Source: an uncultured Candidatus Saccharibacteria bacterium
Lineage (GTDB): Bacteria > Patescibacteriota > Saccharimonadia > Saccharimonadales > Saccharimonadaceae
Length of the DNA: 64,000 bases
NCBI GenBank assembly: GCA_964462335.1
Contig: CAYWYG010000001.1
Coordinates: 9,903 to 73,902 of the forward strand
Reading direction: 5' to 3'
The translations under genes and the position numbers were made by a program. This document shows positions 26,913 to 36,198 of the stretch, piece after piece; the first letter of the stretch is position 1, and each line of letters opens with the position of its first letter. The notes beneath the pieces are model-generated. The model was not told the origin of the DNA and searched no databases. It saw nothing but the letters and a program-made list of their open reading frames with translations.

Positions 26913-27419
26913 ATGTCTGACCTACCAGAGAAACAAGTTAAACGACTACGAAGCCTCATCACAGAGGCAGAAACTAATTTGGCGGCCGCAAAGGAACTTC
27001 TCATTAGTATCGCCGGAGAGGATGTTATCCCGAGAGGAAATCTCGAAGATGTTGCCGGTAAAGTCATCGAGGGTGTATTTGACGGGCAAGGCATGGTCGG
27101 CCCAGACGGAAAGTCATATCCGGTACCCGCTAACTATGCAAGCAAATCAAAACTGATTGAGGGCGATATACTGAAGCTTACCATTGCTGAAGACGGCAGC
27201 TTCATCTACAAACAAATCGGCCCTGTCGCACGCCGGCAGGTCATCGGTACTCTCGTGCAGCATGACGGGGGTTACTACGTCGAAGTCAGCGGTCACGAAT
27301 ACCGCGTCCTCCTCGCCAGCGTCACCTACTTTAAAGCCAAAGTTGGTGACCAAGTCAGCATCATCATCCCAGAAGACAACCGTGACGCCGTGTGGGCAGC
27401 AGTCGAAGCAGCGCTGTAG
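26913..27419 (+). CDS. hypothetical protein
   Basis: 168-aa ORF with a helical N-terminus and a beta-rich C-terminus. Has its own promoter and terminator. Confidence 0.6.
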   Translation: MSDLPEKQVKRLRSLITEAETNLAAAKELLISIAGEDVIPRGNLEDVAGKVIEGVFDGQGMVGPDGKSYPVPANYASKSKLIEGDILKLTIAEDGSFIYKQIGPVARRQVIGTLVQHDGGYYVEVSGHEYRVLLASVTYFKAKVGDQVSIIIPEDNRDAVWAAVEAAL

Positions 27420-27436
27420 TCACAACAAAGTAGACG

Positions 27437-27466
27437 TTAGATTTTGGATTATAGATTTTAGAAGAA
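27437..27466. repeat. family-A repeat arm (C-free) left of the dut cassette
   Basis: TTAGATTTTGGATTATAGATTTTAGAAGAA. Bases 27438-27450 are the exact reverse complement of 27954-27966. Confidence 0.6.
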
Positions 27467-27467
27467 T

Positions 27468-27491
27468 GAGCCGCAGGTCGCGGCTCGTTTT
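27468..27491 (+). terminator. intrinsic terminator; overlaps the dut stop codon
   Basis: GAGCCGC-AGGTC-GCGGCTC followed by GTTTT. Confidence 0.6.
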
Positions 27492-27924
27492 AATGGTGCG
27501 TGCTACCGTAGCCTTTTTCACCCCGTTTGGATGCTGATAAGAGATCAGTTTCATCCCATTGCACCTTTTCACACTTGGCAACTACCATTTGTGCGATACG
27601 CGTACCAGGCTCGACCACAAACGCTTCATTGCTGAGATTGATCAATATGACCCCAACTTCGCCTCGATAATCCGCATCGATCGTGCCGACGCCATTTGCC
27701 AGACATATGCCGTATTTGAGACTCAGCCCACTCCGAGCCCGAATCTGCGCTTCATACCCTACAGGGATTTCTATCGCAAAACCGCTCGAAACAACCAGCC
27801 GTTGCATAGGTTCTATAGTCATCGGCGCATCAATCGCAGCATGCACGTCCATCGCTGCTGCCCCATCCGTCTGATATTTTGGCAGTATAGCCGCGTCCTT
27901 TACTCGCTTGATCTTTATATTCAT
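27490..27924 (-). CDS. dut: dUTP diphosphatase
   Basis: 144 aa with GTIDADYRGEVGVILIN and RIAQMVV motifs. Confidence 0.95.
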   Translation of the reverse strand: MNIKIKRVKDAAILPKYQTDGAAAMDVHAAIDAPMTIEPMQRLVVSSGFAIEIPVGYEAQIRARSGLSLKYGICLANGVGTIDADYRGEVGVILINLSNEAFVVEPGTRIAQMVVAKCEKVQWDETDLLSASKRGEKGYGSTHH

Positions 27925-27972
27925 TATTTATAATTCTATCTTCCAAAATCCAAAATCCAAAATCTATCTTCT
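27921..27972. repeat. family-A repeat arm (G-free, CCAAAAT x3) right of the dut cassette
   Basis: TCATTATTTATAATTCTATCTTCCAAAATCCAAAATCCAAAATCTATCTTCT contains no G. Confidence 0.6.
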
Positions 27973-28045
27973 GCCTATATTGTGATATCTACGCCATCAT
28001 TCTCGTCCCAAACCCGCTATAATAGATCGTGAAAAGGGAGAGGTA

Positions 28046-29491
28046 GTGAGTCACGCACTGTATCGCAAGTACCGTTCGCGCGGATTTGATGAAGTCGTCG
28101 GTCAACGACACGTCACCGATCTGCTAAGAAGTGCTGTCAAAAACGGCGCGATTTCGCATGCGTACCTATTTACCGGTCCACGCGGTACTGGCAAGACGAG
28201 CGTCGCGCGTATCCTCGCTCATGAGGTCAACGGATTACCCTATATCGATGATGCAACCCACCTCGACATCATCGAGATTGACGCCGCGAGCAACCGTCGT
28301 ATCGACGATATCCGTGACCTGCGAGAAAAAGTCTATATAGCCCCCACGAGCGCGCGCTACAAAGTCTATATCATCGATGAAGTTCACATGCTGACCGGAG
28401 AAAGTTTTAATGCGCTATTGAAAACACTGGAGGAGCCGCCGGCTCATGCGATATTTATTCTTGCGACGACAGAGCTTCACAAAGTACCAGCAACTATCGT
28501 AAGCCGAACCCAACGGTTTCATTTTCGTCCCGGCAGTTTGAGTGATGTAGCTGCACACCTTAGAATGATAGCCGACAAGGAAAAGATAGATATCAGCGAT
28601 GACGCGCTCCGTCTTATCGCCGAGCATAGCGAAGGAGGGTTTCGAGACAGCGTGAGCCTCCTTGATCAGGTATCCAGCCTCGATCAAAGCACGATCGGCG
28701 TCGATATGATCGAACGCCTGCTTGGACTTGCGCCACACGCAGCTATCAATGCGATCGTAGACTGCATCGCGGAGGAGCGTTATACAGATGCGACACAGGG
28801 TATTCATCGGTTACTCGACAATGGCACGAGCCCGCATGTCATCATCGCCCAACTAATCAAGCATTTGGCGGAGCGTGCTGCCACATCACCGCATCTATAT
28901 CACATCTTATATGAACTGGTCGAAGTACCGAAAAGTTACGCTCCGCAACTAAAATTGCTCGCCGTAGTAGGAAGGGGCCAAGAGAGTGCAGAGCAGCCGG
29001 TGCGAAAGGATGTAGTATCAAAGCGCGATGAAGATAATACACCAAAAACTCGCCCACGCGAGAAAACGCCAGCAGCCCCCGAGACAAAGCCCCTTCCAGC
29101 CAGAGACGATCCGCTCGTCAATTCCAAGGACGAGACACGCGCACCAGAACATAAGGACGACGACGCCACAGGTTCAACAATCGTATGGGATGATGTATTG
29201 GCACAACTACGTAGTCATGCGCCCGCCCTCCATAGTGTGCTGAAACGGGCGAGTGTGACAATCGATGATACCGGTGTCCATCTCGGTTTTGCGTTTGCGC
29301 TTCACCGCAAAAAGATGAGTGACGAAAAAGCTCGACAGGAACTGGTACGGACTATCACTGCACTGTACGGCTCATGCCCGCCAATATGTGTGGATGATAC
29401 TACCACCCATCTTGACGAGACAAGTAAAGCCGTGGCTGATATTATGGGTGGGGGAGAGCCGGTGCAAGTTCCGGCAGATGGTAGAACATAG
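28046..29491 (+). CDS. dnaX: DNA polymerase III subunit gamma/tau
   Basis: GPRGTGKTS Walker A and DEVHMLT. GTG start follows GGGAGAGG, with TATAAT at about 28017-28022. Confidence 0.9.
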   Translation: MSHALYRKYRSRGFDEVVGQRHVTDLLRSAVKNGAISHAYLFTGPRGTGKTSVARILAHEVNGLPYIDDATHLDIIEIDAASNRRIDDIRDLREKVYIAPTSARYKVYIIDEVHMLTGESFNALLKTLEEPPAHAIFILATTELHKVPATIVSRTQRFHFRPGSLSDVAAHLRMIADKEKIDISDDALRLIAEHSEGGFRDSVSLLDQVSSLDQSTIGVDMIERLLGLAPHAAINAIVDCIAEERYTDATQGIHRLLDNGTSPHVIIAQLIKHLAERAATSPHLYHILYELVEVPKSYAPQLKLLAVVGRGQESAEQPVRKDVVSKRDEDNTPKTRPREKTPAAPETKPLPARDDPLVNSKDETRAPEHKDDDATGSTIVWDDVLAQLRSHAPALHSVLKRASVTIDDTGVHLGFAFALHRKKMSDEKARQELVRTITALYGSCPPICVDDTTTHLDETSKAVADIMGGGEPVQVPADGRT

Positions 29492-30856
29492 ATGGCAGAA
29501 CGTAAAAAATCACAGGCCGTAGAGGGCAAGATCCCACCGCATAATCTCGATGCCGAGATGAGTTTGCTCGGGGCTATCTTGATTGATGAAGAAGTCTTGA
29601 CGGACGTCATGGACAAAGTGAAGGCGGAAGATTTTTATGAAAAACGTCACCAGCTCGTCTTTGCCGCGATATTACGGTTATTTGAAATGCATCGCCCAAT
29701 CGATCTTTTGACGCTTAGTGACGAGCTAGAGAAAAAAGACGAGCTAGAAGCAATCGGTGGTAGTAGTTACCTCAATGAGCTTACAAACTACGTACCAACG
29801 GCCGCCAATGCCAGCACATATGCAGAGCTAGTTGCGCAACGTGCCGTGCGACGCCGTCTGATAAAGGCTAGTGGCGAGATCGCAGAGATGGCCTACAAGG
29901 AAGACAGCAACACCCAAGAGATTCTCGAGCGCGCCGAGGCAGAGCTTTTCTCTGTCAGCGATACAAACCTCAAACAAGATCTAGTAAGCCTTGAGCAGAT
30001 TCTCACCGAAAGCTTTGACCGCATGGAAGAGTTGCACCGCGATCGCGGTAAACTTCGCGGTGTCCGCACTGGCTGGCGCGACCTCGACAACATGACGGCA
30101 GGGCTGCAACGCTCAGACCTCATCATCCTCGCCGCACGCCCCGCTATGGGTAAAACGACACTCGTTACCAACCTCGCCTACAATGTCGCCGCCAAAGAAC
30201 ACCAGTCAGTGTTGTTTTTCAGCCTCGAGATGAGCAAAGAACAGCTCGTCGACCGTATGTTAGCTGACGCTGCTGGTGTCGATGCATGGAATATCCGTAC
30301 CGGTAATCTCAGTGATGATGATTTCGAGAAACTATCCACTGCAATGGGCGAAATGGCTGAAGCCCCAATCTATATCGACGACACGCCAGGCCTGACTGTG
30401 CTCGAGATGCGCACTAAGGCACGCCGACAAGCTCATGTACATCCTCTCGGTCTCATCATCGTCGACTATCTGCAGCTCATGCAAGGACGTTCACGGGGAG
30501 GTGAGTTCAACCGCGTGCAAGAGATCAGCGAGATATCACGTGGCCTCAAACTCATTGCCCGCGAGCTCAATGTACCCGTCATCGCCCTCTCACAGCTCAG
30601 TCGTGCGGTCGAATCACGCAACCCGCCTATCCCACAGCTCGCCGATCTCCGTGAGTCAGGTTCTATCGAGCAAGACGCCGATATTGTGCAGTTTATTTAT
30701 CGCCCGGGCTACTACAATCCTGATGACCCTGAACTGGCAAATATCACCGAGCTTCACATCGCAAAACACCGTAATGGCCCCACCGGCAAGGTAGAGTTGT
30801 ATTTCCACCCAGAGCGCCTACGTTTCATGTCGCTCGAAAAGCGCCGCGACGACTAA
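29492..30856 (+). CDS. dnaB: replicative DNA helicase DnaB
   Basis: PHNLDAEMSLLGAIL N-terminal domain and ARPAMGKTT Walker A. Its ATG abuts the dnaX stop. Confidence 0.95.
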   Translation: MAERKKSQAVEGKIPPHNLDAEMSLLGAILIDEEVLTDVMDKVKAEDFYEKRHQLVFAAILRLFEMHRPIDLLTLSDELEKKDELEAIGGSSYLNELTNYVPTAANASTYAELVAQRAVRRRLIKASGEIAEMAYKEDSNTQEILERAEAELFSVSDTNLKQDLVSLEQILTESFDRMEELHRDRGKLRGVRTGWRDLDNMTAGLQRSDLIILAARPAMGKTTLVTNLAYNVAAKEHQSVLFFSLEMSKEQLVDRMLADAAGVDAWNIRTGNLSDDDFEKLSTAMGEMAEAPIYIDDTPGLTVLEMRTKARRQAHVHPLGLIIVDYLQLMQGRSRGGEFNRVQEISEISRGLKLIARELNVPVIALSQLSRAVESRNPPIPQLADLRESGSIEQDADIVQFIYRPGYYNPDDPELANITELHIAKHRNGPTGKVELYFHPERLRFMSLEKRRDD

Positions 30857-30881
30857 TGCCCGTGATATAATCATTACAACA

Positions 30882-32342
30882 ATGAACGGCTCCGTCATCC
30901 GCGAGATTCTATTGTATCGCTACCGCTATGTTGCCGGTTTGTTCGTCTTTGCGATCGTGCTTGTCGGTTTACTAACCGTCCGCACAGATCTTGCGCCGAC
31001 AGGCCTCACCGCACTTGATATGAATAGTGCGCTGAGAAGCGCGACGTTTAAGTTTTCACAACCGCTCGCACAATCGACAGTTGACCTCCCGTACTTGTTG
31101 CTCCAGAAATTGTCACTTCATTTTCTCGGCATCACCGATTTCGCAATAAAACTTCCGTCGATTATCCTTGCTATCGCAACTGGATTTGCCTTTATGATGA
31201 TGGTTCGTCGCTGGTTTCGGCTCAATGTCGCGCTGGTCACAAGCCTCATTCTCATCACCTCATCAGCGTTTCTTACGTTGGGGCGTAGCGGCCACGGAGA
31301 GATTATGACAAGCTTTTGGCTATCATTGTTTTTACTCGCTGCAACCAATATTGTCCACCCGGAGGGCAAGACACGTGTATGGTTCTGGGTCGCGTTTCTT
31401 ATGCTACCGCTCAGCCTGTACACCCCGATGATGGTTTACCCGATTATTGCGATTACGATTGCTGGTGTACTACACCCCCATGTTCGATTCACGTTGGCGC
31501 ATGTCACACATTGGCAGTATGCTATCGCGATAGCTTTTTTCCTTGTTGCGCTCGCGCCATTGATCTTGATGACAACGCTGCACCCAAAAACCGGTTTTGA
31601 ATTACTGGGTTTGCCCGATCATACACCTAGCGGTGCCGAGCTGCTTATCAACGCAAAAATAGTGATAAAATCGTTTTTCAACCTAGGAAATGCAGTCGTC
31701 GGTACTGTACCGCAGCCTGTTTTCGGTGCAGCATCATTTATCATTATCATCCTCGGGTTTCTACAAACTATCCGCGATTGGTATTCGGCTCGCTCCTACA
31801 TGCTCCTCATTTGGTCGATCATGTTTATACCGCTCGCACTATTCAACCCGGATAAACTACTCATTTGTCTGGTGCCCGCATACCTTTACCTTGCAATAGG
31901 TGTCGAGACACTTATTCGTGAGTGGTATCGTTTATTCCCGTTCAACCCATACGCGCGGCTAGCAGGTGTATTTCCGCTGGTAGCACTACTGGGTGGCATC
32001 ATGACGAGTAATGCAGCGCAGTACTTCTATGGTCATTTTTACGGTACGCCTATTGTCGCCTATAAGGAACAGTTGACCGCGAGCCGTCGCATCCTCGATC
32101 GACCTGAGTACAAAAACGCGATTATGACGATCGTTGCAAAACCTGACGAACAGTCATTTTATGATCTCCTACGACGCGATTATCCCCGTACAAATATCGC
32201 CACCAGTCAGACTGGCAAGGTGACACGGCCGACGATCGTGCATGATACCGCCCAGGTATCGGATATCGGCTTTCCGTCACAAATTGTGACGTCATACAAA
32301 ACCAGTCGAGATCACGTGATCCTTCGCCTCTACAAACCTTGA
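30882..32342 (+). CDS. polytopic membrane protein, probable GT-C fold glycosyltransferase (ArnT/PMT-like)
   Basis: 486 aa with more than 10 predicted TM segments and a soluble C-terminal tail. The call rests on architecture only. Confidence 0.45.
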   Translation: MNGSVIREILLYRYRYVAGLFVFAIVLVGLLTVRTDLAPTGLTALDMNSALRSATFKFSQPLAQSTVDLPYLLLQKLSLHFLGITDFAIKLPSIILAIATGFAFMMMVRRWFRLNVALVTSLILITSSAFLTLGRSGHGEIMTSFWLSLFLLAATNIVHPEGKTRVWFWVAFLMLPLSLYTPMMVYPIIAITIAGVLHPHVRFTLAHVTHWQYAIAIAFFLVALAPLILMTTLHPKTGFELLGLPDHTPSGAELLINAKIVIKSFFNLGNAVVGTVPQPVFGAASFIIIILGFLQTIRDWYSARSYMLLIWSIMFIPLALFNPDKLLICLVPAYLYLAIGVETLIREWYRLFPFNPYARLAGVFPLVALLGGIMTSNAAQYFYGHFYGTPIVAYKEQLTASRRILDRPEYKNAIMTIVAKPDEQSFYDLLRRDYPRTNIATSQTGKVTRPTIVHDTAQVSDIGFPSQIVTSYKTSRDHVILRLYKP

Positions 32343-32387
32343 CCTGATATACTAGATAGATCGAGAACCTAACAATGGGAGATACAT

Positions 32388-32675
32388 ATGCTTGACCAAG
32401 CAAAGATGATCATGCAGCTCAAAAAAGCGCAAAAAGAACTGACCAAGATGGAAGCCGAGGGCTCAGCAGGTGATGGTGCCGTCATAGTGACCGTGACGGG
32501 TGAGATGAAGGTCAAAAAAGTCACGATCGATCCTGAATATGTCGATCTCGACGATATTCAGGTGCTCGAACGCTGGGTCGAACAAGCGACTCGTGAAGCC
32601 ATGAGCAAAGCGCAGGAGATGGCCGCCGAGAAGATGAAACCACTGATGGGCGGACTGGGGAACTTAGGTTTATAA
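32388..32675 (+). CDS. ybaB: YbaB/EbfC family nucleoid-associated protein
   Basis: 95 aa with MQLKKAQKEL...VTVTGEMKVKKVTIDPE. Confidence 0.9.
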   Translation: MLDQAKMIMQLKKAQKELTKMEAEGSAGDGAVIVTVTGEMKVKKVTIDPEYVDLDDIQVLERWVEQATREAMSKAQEMAAEKMKPLMGGLGNLGL

Positions 32676-32692
32676 GTTTCCCAGACAGTAAT

Positions 32693-32708
32693 CAGTTTAC
32701 AGTTTACA
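32693..32708. repeat. family-B inverted-repeat arm CAGTTTACAGTTTACA
   Basis: Its reverse complement matches 15 of 16 nt at 33092-33107. Confidence 0.6.
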
Positions 32709-32718
32709 ATTATCAAGT

Positions 32719-33069
32719 ATGGCCGAGAACTATCAATTAGAAGAGAGAACATTGCGATTTAGCGCTAGAATTATCAGGCATTGTTCAAAGTTACAACAGC
32801 CTATACTGATAGATATTATCAAACAAGTGGTTCGATCGGCGACGAGTATTGGCGCGAATTATACCGAAGCCAATAACGCTGCATCAAAAACTGACTTCAG
32901 GGCAAAAATTTTTATTGCCAAAAAAGAAGCTGCTGAAACTAAGTACTGGCTCTCATTGCTAAGTGAGCTAGGTGACACATCTGACGAACTCAAAATATTA
33001 CGACAAGAGTCACAAGAAATATTGATGATATTGCAAAAAATTATCACGACGCTTAGGAATGGTAAATGA
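32719..33069 (+). CDS. four-helix-bundle protein (23S rRNA intervening-sequence protein family)
   Basis: 116 aa with VRSATSIGANYTEANNAASKTDFRAKIFIAKKEAAETKYWLSLL, the TIGR02436/PF05635 pattern. Confidence 0.85.
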   Translation: MAENYQLEERTLRFSARIIRHCSKLQQPILIDIIKQVVRSATSIGANYTEANNAASKTDFRAKIFIAKKEAAETKYWLSLLSELGDTSDELKILRQESQEILMILQKIITTLRNGK

Positions 33070-33091
33070 AAACTGAAAACTGCGAACGTAA

Positions 33092-33107
33092 TGTAAACTG
33101 TAAACTA
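33092..33107. repeat. family-B inverted-repeat arm TGTAAACTGTAAACTA
   Basis: Partner of 32693-32708. Sits in a GAAAACT/GTAAACT heptamer array at 33066-33120. Confidence 0.6.
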
Positions 33108-33129
33108 CGTAAACTGTGAACTAGCCTAT

Positions 33130-33735
33130 ATGTTACCAAAAGCACTGCAAGATCTCATCGATGCGCTCGGCATGTTGCCGGGTGTGGGGCCGCGCACGGC
33201 GGAACGCTATGCGTATTATTTGCTCAAGACAAACGACCATAACCGTGCCAAGCTAAGTGGATCAGTGGCGGAAATCGCCGACGGGGTGAAATTATGCCCC
33301 GTGACCTACGCGCTGATCGACGCCGACGAGTCAACATCGCCGCTCTACAGCGACCCCGATCGCAATCGCAAGCTCATCGCCGTCGTCGAGGAACCGCTCG
33401 ATGTCATCGCCCTCGAAAAAACGGGGCTATTTAAGGGCACCTACCACGTCCTCGGCGGCGCGATCAGTCCGATCGATGGTATCGGCCCGGATCAGCTGCA
33501 TATACCTGAACTGATCGAGCGGCTCAAAAAAGATGAGGTCGAAGAGATTATCCTCGCCACCAACGCCAGCGTCGAAGGTGAATCAACCGCTATCTACATC
33601 CAAAAGTTCATCGATGAAGCGGACGTGAGCGTCAAGATAACCCGCCTTGCTCGCGGCATCCCCGTCGGCGTCGACCTAGAATATGCCGACCAAATCACCC
33701 TATCTCATGCCCTCGAAGGCAGGCAGGCCTTGTAG
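33130..33735 (+). CDS. recR: recombination protein RecR; Cys4 zinc finger not conserved
   Basis: LPGVGPRTAERYAYYLL HhH motif and a Toprim region (VVEEPLDVIALEKTGLFKGTYHVLGG). Only one Cys remains where CxxC...CxxC is expected. Confidence 0.9.
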   Translation: MLPKALQDLIDALGMLPGVGPRTAERYAYYLLKTNDHNRAKLSGSVAEIADGVKLCPVTYALIDADESTSPLYSDPDRNRKLIAVVEEPLDVIALEKTGLFKGTYHVLGGAISPIDGIGPDQLHIPELIERLKKDEVEEIILATNASVEGESTAIYIQKFIDEADVSVKITRLARGIPVGVDLEYADQITLSHALEGRQAL

Positions 33736-33775
33736 CTTACCACTTACCACCTAAAACCATGCTACAATTGATCTG

Positions 33776-34777
33776 ATGTACGACCATGTTAAACAACTCA
33801 TCGATGATGCAAAGCGCATCGTCGTCATTCAGCCGGAAAATCCCGATGCGGATAGTTTAGGGTCTGCAATCGCGCTCGAAGAGATACTCAGTGATATACC
33901 TGGCACATCTGTGAACTTATTTTGTGCGATCGATATGCCCAAATACCTGCACTATATCGATGGCTGGGCACGGGTCGACAAAGAGTGGACGGGGCAGTAT
34001 GACCTCGCAATCATCGTTGATACTTCAGCCGAAGCACTTTTAGTAAAGGCGCTCGAGACGCCCGGACTGCGGCATTTTTGCGAGACACACCCCGTACTTG
34101 TCATCGATCACCATGTCGAGGGCGACGAAGGCGGCAACGATCTGCCATTTACCCATGAACTCGTGCTCGACGACTCGGCTGCCGCAACGAGCGAATTACT
34201 CTACGATATGGCCATGCAACTAGGCTGGTCCGTCAACCAGTCGGCCGCCGAGGCAATGATGGCATCGATACTGGGCGACACGCTCGGCCTCAGTACACAG
34301 AGTGTGACCGAGCGTACTATTACAACTATCGCCTCACTCATGAAACTCGGTGCTCACCCCGCAACCATCGAACAGAAGCGCCGTGAGTACATGAAAAAAC
34401 CCGCCGATATCTTGACGTACAAAGGTGAGCTCATCCAGCGTATCGAATATCACTGCGATGGCCGTCTTGCGACCGTGCATATTCCATGGGAAGATATCGA
34501 GGCTTATTCTGACCGCTACAACCCAAGCGTCCTCGTACTCGATGAGATGCGCCTCGTCGAGGGTGTCGACGTTGCCATCGCCATCAAGACGTATCCCGAC
34601 GGTAAACTCACCGGCAAAATCCGCGCCAACCTGCCTATCTGCGACCAGGTCGCCGGCTATTTCGGCGGCGGCGGCCATGCCTACAGCGCCGGCTACAAGA
34701 TATACGAAGACTACGACAAAGCCCTGTCTGAGCTCATCGCCGCTGTCGATAAAATCCTCAGCGAGCACCCATCATGA
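33776..34777 (+). CDS. nrnA: DHH/DHHA1 phosphoesterase (NrnA-like oligoribonuclease/pAp phosphatase)
   Basis: VIDHHVEG and GGGGHAYSAG motifs. TGCTACAAT lies 7 nt before the ATG. Confidence 0.8.
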   Translation: MYDHVKQLIDDAKRIVVIQPENPDADSLGSAIALEEILSDIPGTSVNLFCAIDMPKYLHYIDGWARVDKEWTGQYDLAIIVDTSAEALLVKALETPGLRHFCETHPVLVIDHHVEGDEGGNDLPFTHELVLDDSAAATSELLYDMAMQLGWSVNQSAAEAMMASILGDTLGLSTQSVTERTITTIASLMKLGAHPATIEQKRREYMKKPADILTYKGELIQRIEYHCDGRLATVHIPWEDIEAYSDRYNPSVLVLDEMRLVEGVDVAIAIKTYPDGKLTGKIRANLPICDQVAGYFGGGGHAYSAGYKIYEDYDKALSELIAAVDKILSEHPS

Positions 34778-36198
34778 AACTTCACAATACCATGTCGGGG
34801 CACATCGATGAGCTACGACCATTGAATGACGGGATGGTGACACTCTACACCTGCGGCCTGACTGTCTATGGTCAACCGCACATCGGCAACTGGATAGGCT
34901 ATATCTACTGGGACGTGCTTGTACGAACGCTCCGAGCAGACGGATACCGCGTTGTGCGGACGCAAAATATTACCGACGTCGGACACCTCGTAAGCGACGA
35001 CGACAGCGGGGAAGACAAGATGGAAAAAGGCGCCCGCGCCGAAGGCCTGACCGCCTGGGACGTCGCCGCCAAATTCACCGCCATTGCCGAACAAGAAAGC
35101 CATTCCCTCGGGCTCATTGCGCCTGACCACTTAGTCACTGCGACAAGTTGTATCGATGAGCAGATTGCATTTGCGAAGGAACTCGACACCCGTGGCTACC
35201 TGTACCGCACCGACGACGGCATGTATTTTGATACTAGCAAGCTCTCTGATTATGGCAAGCTCGCACGACTCGACATAGACGGCCTTCAGGCTGGCGCGCG
35301 TGTCGATATGGCGGGGAAAAGGAACCCAACTGATTTTGCCGTCTGGAAGTTTAGTCCTCCTGATACGCAGCGCGACATGGAGTGGGATAGTCCATGGGGC
35401 AAAGGGTTTCCTGGTTGGCACCTCGAATGCTCAGTGATTGCTCGCACCACCCTCGGCGACCGTATCGATATCCACGCGGGCGGCATCGACCACATCCCCG
35501 TACATCACACAAACGAGATCGCTCAGACCGAGAGCCTGACAGGTCAGCCCTTTGCCACCATATGGATACACAACAACCACCTCAAAGTCGACGGGCAAAA
35601 AATGGCCAAATCGCTCGGCAATATCTATACGCTCGCCGACCTCTCGGCACGCGGCTACGAGACCAGTGATTTTCGTATGTTTGCACTCGGGAAGCACTAC
35701 CAGACAGAGGGAAACTTCACCTGGGATAATCTTGCCGCCGCGCACAACCGCCTGCAACGCTGGCGTGATATGGCTGCATTGCGCTGGCAAACACATGACA
35801 CCCTCGCCGATGACGATGCGAAAGACACCCGGCACGATGTCAACGCCGTCTTACTCGCTGCGCCGCACGCCGCGCAAGAAGCACTCACCAACGATCTCGA
35901 TACACCGGGCGCACTGATCACTATCGAACGCGCCTTTGACGAGATCGATCTCTCACCGATCAACACGCTGCAACATGACGCACTCGCGCAGCTGGTTACA
36001 TGGATCGATGATATACTCGGGCTCAACCTAGCTGCGTCGACACCCGATATCACTGACGAGCAAAAACGTCTCATCATCGAACGACGGCGAGCACGTGACG
36101 AAAAGGATTGGACGCGTTCTGACGCACTGCGCGACGAGCTAGCCAGTCAGGGTGTTGTCATCCGCGACACACCGTCGCGTACCATATGGAGCCGCTAG
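34774..36198 (+). CDS. cysS: cysteine--tRNA ligase
   Basis: HIGN and KMAKS class I motifs. ATGA overlap with nrnA. Confidence 0.95.
   Translation: MKLHNTMSGHIDELRPLNDGMVTLYTCGLTVYGQPHIGNWIGYIYWDVLVRTLRADGYRVVRTQNITDVGHLVSDDDSGEDKMEKGARAEGLTAWDVAAKFTAIAEQESHSLGLIAPDHLVTATSCIDEQIAFAKELDTRGYLYRTDDGMYFDTSKLSDYGKLARLDIDGLQAGARVDMAGKRNPTDFAVWKFSPPDTQRDMEWDSPWGKGFPGWHLECSVIARTTLGDRIDIHAGGIDHIPVHHTNEIAQTESLTGQPFATIWIHNNHLKVDGQKMAKSLGNIYTLADLSARGYETSDFRMFALGKHYQTEGNFTWDNLAAAHNRLQRWRDMAALRWQTHDTLADDDAKDTRHDVNAVLLAAPHAAQEALTNDLDTPGALITIERAFDEIDLSPINTLQHDALAQLVTWIDDILGLNLAASTPDITDEQKRLIIERRRARDEKDWTRSDALRDELASQGVVIRDTPSRTIWSR

Noticed and set aside
25947-27975. Whether the short-unit repeats (GATTTTA, CCAAAAT and similar) could be a CRISPR array or a DGR/retron component.
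   Set aside because: There is no regular repeat-spacer periodicity, and arm units are only 7-8 nt and degenerate. No cas gene, reverse-transcriptase gene or template/variable repeat pair exists in the window.
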